Positions 1 to 8,246 of a DNA stretch of 34,804 nucleotides are shown here, one piece after another; within the stretch, counting starts at the first letter, position 1; each line of letters starts with the position of its first letter. The DNA is taken from positions 1-34,804 of the forward strand of contig JANOSY010000004.1 in NCBI GenBank assembly GCA_031416075.1. Direction: 5' to 3'. The notes beneath the pieces were generated by a model that did no database searches, had not been told where the DNA came from, and was given only the letters and a program-made list of their open reading frames with translations. The DNA is from Candidatus Tenderia sp. GTDB taxonomy: Bacteria; Pseudomonadota; Gammaproteobacteria; Tenderiales; Tenderiaceae. A program made the position numbers and the translations under genes.

Positions 1-137
1 AGTCCGTCCAGATGGCATGAAATGCCTGAGAGTGGACGAAAACCTTGGGAATTTTTCGCTAAATATCGTTATTTTTGGCTGTTTTTAGAAAAATCACCGG
101 CATGTGGAGGTTGCGGAGTTTGATTTTCAACGGCCTG
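1..137. mobile_element. Probable terminal segment of an IS5-family insertion sequence, running off the window start
   Basis: The segment ends in ttttcaacggcctg (124-137; reverse complement CAGGCCGTTGAAAA), resembling IS5-family terminal inverted repeats. It is followed immediately by CTAA (138-141), a YTAR-type target. CorC-family homology starts exactly at this CTAA (L-S-S-E-E-L-R). No transposase is visible in the window. Confidence 0.55.
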
Positions 138-914
138 CTAAGCAGCGAAGAGCTACGTACGGTTGTCAATGAAGCGGGCGCGTTGATTCCCCGTCGCCAT
201 CAAACAATGCTGTTAAGCATCCTTGATCTGGAAAAGGTAACTGTTGAAGATATTATGGTCCCCCGTAATGAAATTATCGGGCTAGATATGGAAGAGGATA
301 GCCAGACCATTCTGGAACAGCTTACCCGCAGCCAACACACTCGCCTGCCTATCTATCGCGACAATATCGACAATGTTGTTGGATTTGTTCACGCCCGCAA
401 TACCCTGCGTATCCTGCCTGATGGAAAGTTTACAAAAGAGCAGTTACAAGGAATTACCCGCGAGCCCTATTTCGTTCCTGCAGGCACGCCACTGAATACT
501 CAGCTACTCAACTTTCAGAGTCAGAAACGCCGCATTGCCTTTGTGGTTAACGAGTACGGTGATATTCAGGGTCTTGTGACACTGGAGGATATTCTCGAAG
601 AGATTGTCGGCGAGTTCACTACCGACATGGCGGCCAATATGAAAAATATTCACCCACAGGAGGATGGTACCTATCTGATTGATGGCGGTGCCTATATCAG
701 GGAAATCAACCGCACCATGGGCTGGGAGCTGCCTACTGATGGTCCCAAAACAATTAACGGACTAATCATAGAGTATCTGGAATCGATCCCGGAAACCGGC
801 ACCAGCGTCAAATTAGCAGGCTATCCCATTGATATAGTGCAGACAACCAGCAACACCATCAAAACCATCCGCATCCATCCTGCCCTCAGATCCCAACCAC
901 AACAAGAGCAATAG
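138..914 (+). pseudogene. 3' part of an HlyC/CorC (CNNM, YfjD-like) transporter: CBS pair plus CorC_HlyC domain, with the N-terminal membrane (DUF21) domain missing
   Basis: Family motifs LSSEELRTVV, TVEDIMVPR, HTRLPIY, FVVNEYGDIQGLVTLEDILEEIVGE and LPTDGPKTINGLIIE. The in-frame upstream sequence (75-137) has no transmembrane helices and lies within the putative IS end. Confidence 0.7.
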
Positions 915-923
915 TCGCTCTAC

Positions 924-1958
924 TTATTCAGCCACATGAAATCGATTACGGCCCGACTCCTTGGCAAAATAAAGTGCTTCATCCGCTTTAGAAATCAGCT
1001 CCTCAGGTGCTGTTATACCATTTGGCGGCATTGTCGCCACGCCGAGGCTAATCGTCACGTGATCATTGGTCGTTGAGAACTCATGAGCAATATTCATACT
1101 GTCTACCGCTGAAAGCAACGCCTCGGCAATATTAGCCGCACCTACATGATCAGTATCTGGCATCACAACGCCAAACTCCTCACCACCATAACGCGCCACC
1201 AGATCGCTGGGACGTTTGACAGTAGTCGCCAAGGCCTGGGCTACTCTTCGCAAGCAGTCGTCCCCTCCTTGATGTCCATAGCCATCATTAAATTTCTTGA
1301 AATGATCAATATCAATCATAATCAGTGAGACCGAACGACCATCACGTGCCGCACGCAACCACTCTTTTTTAATAAACTCATCAAATACACGACGATTAGC
1401 AATTCCCGTCAACCCATCCAGAGATGAAAGACGCTCCAGCTCACTATTTTTAGACTCCAGCTCTTTCTGCAGCTCACTCAACGCACGATAAGCCTCATCG
1501 CGCTGCTGCTGCACCATAAAACTGCGTGAGTGGGCTCGAATACGCGCAACAACCTCTATCCGATCAGGAAACTTCACCAAATAATCAGTGGCACCAAATT
1601 CAAAAGCTTCGCTTTTTGTCTTAGGATCTTCCTTCGTTGAAAGAACAACAATGGGTACTGAATTAACCTGTGGATTAGCGCGGAAAAATTTCAACAACAT
1701 AAGACCATCAACATCAGGCATAACCAAATCTTGAAGTATCACCGTCGGTTTAAAAATAATTGCCTCACTGATCGCCTGAGTCGGATCACTACAATAGTGA
1801 TACTCAATATCCTCCTCACCTGCCAACATTCGCCGTAACGCCTCAGCCACGATAGCCTGATCATCAACCAACATAACCCTGGAGCGCACCGCATCCGTTG
1901 CAGCGTTCAACACATCAGGGGCACACCTATCCTGTGCCGTACTCCCAGTATCAGCCAT
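924..1958 (-). CDS. wspR: Response regulator diguanylate cyclase (REC + GGDEF), WspR
   Basis: REC domain (LVDDQ, VILQDLVMP), coiled-coil linker, DGLTGIANRR, I-site RPSD and GGEEF active site. Last gene of the wsp cluster. Confidence 0.92.
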   Translation of the reverse strand: MADTGSTAQDRCAPDVLNAATDAVRSRVMLVDDQAIVAEALRRMLAGEEDIEYHYCSDPTQAISEAIIFKPTVILQDLVMPDVDGLMLLKFFRANPQVNSVPIVVLSTKEDPKTKSEAFEFGATDYLVKFPDRIEVVARIRAHSRSFMVQQQRDEAYRALSELQKELESKNSELERLSSLDGLTGIANRRVFDEFIKKEWLRAARDGRSVSLIMIDIDHFKKFNDGYGHQGGDDCLRRVAQALATTVKRPSDLVARYGGEEFGVVMPDTDHVGAANIAEALLSAVDSMNIAHEFSTTNDHVTISLGVATMPPNGITAPEELISKADEALYFAKESGRNRFHVAE

Positions 1959-1966
1959 AACAGCGG

Positions 1967-3007
1967 TTATCCTTTACCTTTATATCGAGCAGGCAATAGC
2001 TTTGCCAATGCTGTACCAATATCACCCAACGGTAAAACATCAACAGCGGCATTTAATTTAACAGCAGCCCTAGGCATTCCAAAAACAGCACAAGTCGCCT
2101 CATTTTGAGCAATTGTATGCACCCCCCTCTGCCTTAAATGCAGCAACCCTTCTGCACCATCACGTCCCATTCCAGTTAGCAAAACTGCTACAGCGTTCCC
2201 TCTCCAGTTATCGGCAACACTGTTAAAAAACATATCTACCGATGGGCGATATGGCATCTCTTTAGGAAACGGCGTGTAGTCCAGATGGTTGTCGGGACGA
2301 ATAATAAGATGATCATTTGTTCCTGCAATCAGCACTTGCCCTGGCATTAATGTATCTTCACTTCGTGCCAACCGTACATTCAAGGCACACTGCTTATCCA
2401 GCCACTGCGCCAATTCACTCGAAAAATGCTCATCTACATGCTGAACAATCACCACCGGAGATGAAAAATCTGCCGGAAGCGCTGACAGCACCTGCGCCAA
2501 TGCATGTGGTCCACCAGAAGATGCACCAATTGCGACCAAAGCAGTATTATTGGACTTCAAAGAGTTATCCAGCCCTTTGTTACCACGAGGAGCCGCAACA
2601 TCATCCCGCTTATGGCAGACAAGTTTTCCAATCATGGCAATCTTTGCAAGTAACTCTGCCTTCCCAGGAGCATCGCCGGCCGAACCTAAAATAGGTGTGT
2701 TAACCGCGTCCAACGCACCACACCCCATCGCCTGGAATACCTTTGAGGCATTCCCTGACACAGTCGATGTCACAATTAAAATGGCACATGGCGTTGAGGC
2801 CATAATTTTACGGGTAGCTTCAACACCATCCATCACTGGCATCACCAGGTCCATTAAAATCAGATCCGGCGTATCCAGAGTACAGCGCCAGACCGCCTCG
2901 GCACCATCACGGGCAACCCATGCCAACTGATAGTTTGGTGACGATGCAAGTACACGTCGCAAACTCTCAACCGCCATCGTTGAGTCATCTACTATGGCAA
3001 CTCTCAT
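1967..3007 (-). CDS. wspF: CheB-type protein-glutamate methylesterase response regulator, WspF
   Basis: REC domain (DLILMDLVMP) and CheB motifs IGASSGGP, VQH, RPSVD and LTGMGRDGA. Overlaps the wspE stop. Confidence 0.92.
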   Translation of the reverse strand: MRVAIVDDSTMAVESLRRVLASSPNYQLAWVARDGAEAVWRCTLDTPDLILMDLVMPVMDGVEATRKIMASTPCAILIVTSTVSGNASKVFQAMGCGALDAVNTPILGSAGDAPGKAELLAKIAMIGKLVCHKRDDVAAPRGNKGLDNSLKSNNTALVAIGASSGGPHALAQVLSALPADFSSPVVIVQHVDEHFSSELAQWLDKQCALNVRLARSEDTLMPGQVLIAGTNDHLIIRPDNHLDYTPFPKEMPYRPSVDMFFNSVADNWRGNAVAVLLTGMGRDGAEGLLHLRQRGVHTIAQNEATCAVFGMPRAAVKLNAAVDVLPLGDIGTALAKLLPARYKGKG

Positions 3008-5790
3008 GAACCTGCACTCCCAATCAAGTCCACCACAGCAAGGCGCAAACTCTCATCATGAAAACTACCTTTTGTAAGATAGTAATCCGCCCCCGCATCC
3101 AGACCCCGTATACGATCCTCTTCACGATCTTTATAAGAGACCATCATCACTGGCAAACTTCGCAATGAAGGGTCCTGTCGTATGGTCTTCACCAAGTCAA
3201 TTCCATTCATACGCGGCATATCCACATCCGTAATCAATAAATCATAGCCTCCACCACGCAACATATTAAGACCATCCACACCATCAACGGCTGTATCTAC
3301 CAGATAGCCTGAAGACTCTAACAATTTACGCTCAACTTCACGCACTGTAATAGAATCATCAACAACCAATATCCGCTTGGCGGCACCTACCTCATGCACC
3401 ACATCTCTGATTTTGTTCAGTCGTGCAACTTTTAATACTTTTTCGATTGAACCAATCAGATCATCCACATCTACAATCAAGACAGGCGAACCATCCTCCA
3501 TTAATGCCGCAGCACTAATATCTTGGACCTTTCCTAATGCGGGCGGCATCACCTGAACCACAAGCTCACGTTCACCCAAAAATTTTTCCACTACCATTCC
3601 ATAATGGCTAGCACGCTCAGTCAGCACTACTACCGATAACAATCCGCTCTCATGATCACGCCGTGGATCACGCTCCAAAATTTGCGCTGCGTTTACCAGG
3701 CCAACATTCATATTGTCGATACGTACAAACTGATTTCCCTCAGCTTCCTCAATCGAATCGGGATCAATTCTCACTATTCTGTCAATTCTGGCTAACGGAA
3801 AAGCATACGTCTCTCCAGATATCTCAACAATCAATGCCGGAATAACTGACAACGTCAATGGTAACTGCATGTGGAATTTAGTTCCCCGGCCAAATTCAGA
3901 CGTAGCTCTGACATTGCCACGCATCTCTTGAACCACATCATGAACCACATCCAGGCCAACACCACGCCCGGAAATCTCGCTCACTTGCTCGCGCGTACTA
4001 AAGCTGGGTAGAAATAAAAACTCTAACAACTCAGAGTCAGACAATGTAGTTGCCATCTCTTCATCAACCAAATTTTTTTCAACCACCTTACGACGCAATC
4101 GTTCCAGATCAACACCGCGACCATCATCCTCCACCACTAGTGATAACATACCCGCATGGTGATACGCATGAAGACGAATGGTGCCTTTGACAGGCTTTCC
4201 TGATACATGACGTTCATCCGGCATCTCCATGCCATGATCAATCGCATTCCGAATTAAATGATTCAAAGGGGATTCAATTTTGTCCAAAATATCACGATCT
4301 ACGAGAGTTTTTGCGCCGTCAACAACAAACTGAACCTCTTTTCCAAGCCCTCTCGCAATATCACGCACCATACGTGGAAATCCATGAATACCATCCCCAA
4401 ATGGGCGCATACGACTTTTCACAACTTCACGATGCAATCGAGAAGAGAGGTTGGTTGCGCGACGATCATAAGACTCAAGTTCCGCAAGACGATCAGCGAG
4501 GACCTCTCGGCAATATGATGATTGCTTTTGAACGCTGCGCACCAGCGCCTGAATATCATCATTAGAACTACCACTATCAAGCTGCTCACGCAAACTATCA
4601 ACTAGACAAACAAGATCCGTTTGTTGCCTTTTTAAACGTAGCAATGATTCTGCATAAGGATATATCCAACGGGATTCAACCAGAGATTCGCCCGCCAACC
4701 CCATCAAGCGGTTCAGCTGTTCAGCGCTCACCCTCAGAACCCGTTCTTTATTTTGAGGTGATTGTTTATCAACGATACCATTAACATCTTGCACAACAGA
4801 ATCAGCACTACCGACTGACGAAGAAGCTTTAGACCTAACGTGTGGAGCTGTTTTTGCGGTGGGCACATTTTTTCCTGGCAACGGAACCAAGTTCGCGCCC
4901 GTAAGAATAGCATTCAGATTATTAATCAACGTTTCAAAACGGGGCCTTGAAGACTCCATCCACAATGATAAATCACCCTCAAATTTTGAAATTTCAACAA
5001 TCGTATCAACGCCATTCAAAAGCACATCAATATGACTTCCCTCCAATATTAAAACGCCTTTCTGGGCCTCAACAAAAACATCCTCCATCACATGAGAGAG
5101 CTGCACCACAAACTGTATGTCTACCAACCTTGCTGCACCCTTAATAGAATGTGCGGCACGCATCAACGGCTCAAGTCTTTCTGGGGAGCCAGGATCCTGC
5201 TCAAGCTCAAGAAGTCCTTCACTTAAAACAACCGATTGCTGATCTGTCTCAACACGAAAAAGCTCAACCATTGACATATCTTGAATAGATAAAACAGGGT
5301 TAATAGTGGCTTTTTCAACACGTGGAGGGGCCATTACAGCATCTGATAAAAATTCAACATCTACACTATCGACTTCACCATCCTTGCCCTCTGAACGCTC
5401 TTTTCTCAACAGAACAGCGCCAAGGAAATTAACAATATTGTCAAAATCAGCTCGACTTCTCTCCTCCCAAGAGTTCCAGTCATCAGCTACTTTTGTGACC
5501 TCCTCAATCATGTCGAGCGCATCTAAGAGCATTGAAATATCCTCGCTCTCAAAAGAGACAACACCATCCTGAGCAGCCACAAAACACTCTTCCATTGCCC
5601 CAGATATTTTAGCAACGGGCATCACTGATGTTAAACGTGCAGCACCTTTTACCGAGTGAGCTGCTTTAATCGCAGAATCATACACATCATAAGAAGCACC
5701 GCCCCCTCTCATTCCCTGAATACTGCCATTAAGAATGGAGGCTTGCTGGCTCACCTCGTTTTTATACATATTCAGCATGGATGCATCCAT
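3004..5790 (-). CDS. wspE: Hybrid CheA-like kinase WspE (2x HPt, dimerisation, HATPase, CheW, REC)
   Basis: HPt motifs AAHSVKGAARL and AAHSIKGAARL, HLIRNAIDHG, VEDDGRG, SGRGVGLDVV, a CheW domain and a C-terminal REC (LVVDDSITVR, LLITDVDMP). Confidence 0.92.
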   Translation of the reverse strand: MDASMLNMYKNEVSQQASILNGSIQGMRGGGASYDVYDSAIKAAHSVKGAARLTSVMPVAKISGAMEECFVAAQDGVVSFESEDISMLLDALDMIEEVTKVADDWNSWEERSRADFDNIVNFLGAVLLRKERSEGKDGEVDSVDVEFLSDAVMAPPRVEKATINPVLSIQDMSMVELFRVETDQQSVVLSEGLLELEQDPGSPERLEPLMRAAHSIKGAARLVDIQFVVQLSHVMEDVFVEAQKGVLILEGSHIDVLLNGVDTIVEISKFEGDLSLWMESSRPRFETLINNLNAILTGANLVPLPGKNVPTAKTAPHVRSKASSSVGSADSVVQDVNGIVDKQSPQNKERVLRVSAEQLNRLMGLAGESLVESRWIYPYAESLLRLKRQQTDLVCLVDSLREQLDSGSSNDDIQALVRSVQKQSSYCREVLADRLAELESYDRRATNLSSRLHREVVKSRMRPFGDGIHGFPRMVRDIARGLGKEVQFVVDGAKTLVDRDILDKIESPLNHLIRNAIDHGMEMPDERHVSGKPVKGTIRLHAYHHAGMLSLVVEDDGRGVDLERLRRKVVEKNLVDEEMATTLSDSELLEFLFLPSFSTREQVSEISGRGVGLDVVHDVVQEMRGNVRATSEFGRGTKFHMQLPLTLSVIPALIVEISGETYAFPLARIDRIVRIDPDSIEEAEGNQFVRIDNMNVGLVNAAQILERDPRRDHESGLLSVVVLTERASHYGMVVEKFLGERELVVQVMPPALGKVQDISAAALMEDGSPVLIVDVDDLIGSIEKVLKVARLNKIRDVVHEVGAAKRILVVDDSITVREVERKLLESSGYLVDTAVDGVDGLNMLRGGGYDLLITDVDMPRMNGIDLVKTIRQDPSLRSLPVMMVSYKDREEDRIRGLDAGADYYLTKGSFHDESLRLAVVDLIGSAGS

Positions 5791-5810
5791 AACACAACCG
5801 CCTTATATCA

Positions 5811-6497
5811 CTAAAGAACAACTCGCCCTAAAGCAGGAAAAAGCAATTCATGATCAATAATGCCAACATGCTTGCCCTCAACATTCAACATTCCCTTTAT
5901 ATAATGTACCGAGCAATTCATAGAGGTAGAAGGAGAATCTTGAACTTCGTTATCGCTGAACCTGTACACCCCGCGAACCTCGCTGACAGGAAAAACAAAT
6001 CTCATCCCATTAAATGACATCACAACCATTCGCTCATAAATTCCCTTAACAACATTTGTTCCTGATATTTCACCGCGCGTTATACTCATCAATTTTCCAA
6101 GAGAAATACATAGCTGCAACTCACCCCTGATATTTGTAAGCCCATTTAGAATAGAGCTCTTACGATGTGGAATACTGTGCACAGCCCTCATAGAGACTAC
6201 TTCATCTAACAGACCCGTCTTTATTCCCAACCACTCATCCCCAAGACGGAACAGAATAATAGACCTTGTATTATAATTTTTACTGACCTTCTTAACAGAA
6301 AGAAGCATGGACCACTCTTCAAGATATCCATCTGGGGCCTCTCCTTCTAAAAGAGTCTTTCCTGCATTTGAAAATATTTCACAATTTGCACAATGAACAA
6401 CATCCTCCAGCTTAGGGCATGTACGTTGCTGACTGCTGGCCCAGACGCCAATTTTGTTCCAGCAATCATTAATCTTAATATCATTCATCATCAGCAT
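5811..6497 (-). CDS. wspD: CheW-like scaffold with N-terminal Cys-rich motif, WspD
   Basis: INDCWNKIGV..C..L....HCANC motif typical of WspD, followed by the CheW domain (FRLGDEW, HSIPHR, NIRGELQLCISL). Start placed at ATG 6497 (alternatives 6491 or 6488) rather than at 6548. Confidence 0.88.
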   Translation of the reverse strand: MLMMNDIKINDCWNKIGVWASSQQRTCPKLEDVVHCANCEIFSNAGKTLLEGEAPDGYLEEWSMLLSVKKVSKNYNTRSIILFRLGDEWLGIKTGLLDEVVSMRAVHSIPHRKSSILNGLTNIRGELQLCISLGKLMSITRGEISGTNVVKGIYERMVVMSFNGMRFVFPVSEVRGVYRFSDNEVQDSPSTSMNCSVHYIKGMLNVEGKHVGIIDHELLFPALGRVVL

Positions 6498-6522
6498 TCC
6501 CAATATAAATAATGGCTGTGGG

Positions 6523-7755
6523 TCATGACCTTTCTTTTGCCCGACCAATTCTCGCGCGATAATTCATTGCCGCCTGAGAATCACCACGCTCCACTGCCAA
6601 TATCAAAAGATGCGTTAAAGACTGATAGTGGCCAGGATCAATATATATAGACCTCTTGAATGACACTTGGGCATTATCATTACTTGATTTTGCTAGGTGT
6701 ATAATCCCTTGGAGGCAATGTGCGTCGGCTTCTAATGGATTTTTTTCAATGTAATCACAGCATAATTTCATCGCTCTATCCAACTCACCACGGTCAGCCA
6801 ACGCCTGTATATCCTCTATAAAAAAATCACCATCTTCATTTTTAGAGTTTTCTTTAATTTCTATTTCACGGCCAACCTCTACATCTTTCGATTTTATATA
6901 TCTTTCAGGATCTTTATATGAAAAAACAACAGGATCAACATTCACTTTGATTGGTGTGTTTTTTTCCAACATTGTTGGCCGGTAAGCAAATGCGCCAGAA
7001 TGCCTCATTGAATCAAACAATCCATTCACAACCCTACCAGTCTCCGCATGTCCTAAAAAAAGAATCCCATCTGAAACCATTATCCGCCTCAATGATTTAA
7101 TAACTTTTTCTTTAGTTTCAATATTGAAATAAATCAATAAATTTCTACAAAAAATAACATCATAACTATTCCTGTCTTTTAAAAAATCACTGGAAAGAAT
7201 ATTGTTGTGATGAAAATTGACCGATGATTTTACCTCGTCTTTTATCTCATACACAGGACCGATACAATCAAAGTACTTATCTCTGAACTTAAGGTCATCA
7301 CTCCTAAATGAATTTTTCCCATATACACCTTTTTTAGCAACTTCAAGAACACGTGTATTTATATCAACAGCATCTACAACAAATGAATCTGGAGAAAGAC
7401 CAGAATCCATAAGGACCATAGAAATAGAGTACGGCTCTTCACCGGTAGAACAAGGTATACTCAACACCCTGAATTTATCCCCCGAAGGTCCCCATGTTTT
7501 TGAAACATACTGTGAAAGAAGTTTAAACGGCTCTTTATCACGAAAAAACCAAGTTTCAGGAACAGTTATATCGTTAATAAATACCTGTCTTTCCTTAATC
7601 GACCTATCAAGGCAAGAAAGGTATTCTTCAACCGTTCCAAACTCACCTTCTTTCATTCGTCCTTTCACTACGCGATCGACGGCCTCTTCGCCAATAGAGA
7701 CAACATCTATTCCCGTGACATCTCTAAGATATGCATAGATCTTGCTATGATCCAT
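6523..7755 (-). CDS. wspC: CheR-type methyltransferase with C-terminal TPR, WspC
   Basis: VPETWFFRD, RVLSIPCSTGEEPYSI, YDVIFCRNLLIYF and LFLGHAE motifs, followed by TPR-like helices (ADAHCLQG...FKRSIYIDP). Confidence 0.92.
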   Translation of the reverse strand: MDHSKIYAYLRDVTGIDVVSIGEEAVDRVVKGRMKEGEFGTVEEYLSCLDRSIKERQVFINDITVPETWFFRDKEPFKLLSQYVSKTWGPSGDKFRVLSIPCSTGEEPYSISMVLMDSGLSPDSFVVDAVDINTRVLEVAKKGVYGKNSFRSDDLKFRDKYFDCIGPVYEIKDEVKSSVNFHHNNILSSDFLKDRNSYDVIFCRNLLIYFNIETKEKVIKSLRRIMVSDGILFLGHAETGRVVNGLFDSMRHSGAFAYRPTMLEKNTPIKVNVDPVVFSYKDPERYIKSKDVEVGREIEIKENSKNEDGDFFIEDIQALADRGELDRAMKLCCDYIEKNPLEADAHCLQGIIHLAKSSNDNAQVSFKRSIYIDPGHYQSLTHLLILAVERGDSQAAMNYRARIGRAKERS

Positions 7756-8230
7756 CCATCATATCCTCTAAGGAAGATTCATTTTCATTTGCCGATTTCA
7801 TAAATGACTTCAATTCATTTGGAATCAAACGAGTCACGTTGATATGCTGAATCATCCCGTTTTCATCCAAGACAACCTTATCAACGACAGAATTTTCACC
7901 TTCTCCTATGCTTGCATCAGTAAATCGGGAATCATCAACTTTTAATGTCTCTGTTACATTCTCCGCCAGAAACCCAATACAAGACGACCTCATCTTCTCG
8001 GACTTGATGATAATAATGCGACTACTCAAACATTTTTTAACGCTTCTATCACCCATCAATCTTGATCCATCAATAATGGGCACAATATGACCGCGATAGT
8101 TAAGCAGACCCGCAATAATCACTGGGGATTTAGGCAGCCTTTGCAGAAACACATGCGGTACTACCTCAACAATCTCCACCACGTTAATGCCATATCGATT
8201 GTCATTTACTTTGAGCATTAACAACATCAT
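7745..8230 (-). CDS. wspB: CheW-like adaptor WspB
   Basis: IVEVVP and AGLLNYRGHIVPIID CheW motifs. Lies between the MCP and the CheR gene. Confidence 0.88.
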   Translation of the reverse strand: MMLLMLKVNDNRYGINVVEIVEVVPHVFLQRLPKSPVIIAGLLNYRGHIVPIIDGSRLMGDRSVKKCLSSRIIIIKSEKMRSSCIGFLAENVTETLKVDDSRFTDASIGEGENSVVDKVVLDENGMIQHINVTRLIPNELKSFMKSANENESSLEDMMDGS

Positions 8231-8246
8231 GGCCTTCTGCCTCGTT

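Noticed and set aside
75-137. ORF-track N-terminus MAVFRKITGMWRLRSLIFNGL of the CorC-like protein
   Set aside because: Not similar to the family and lies in the putative IS end, so it is not a native start.
6400-6470. Cys-rich motif in WspD as a novel metal site
   Set aside because: It is a regular feature of WspD orthologues and not specific to this locus.
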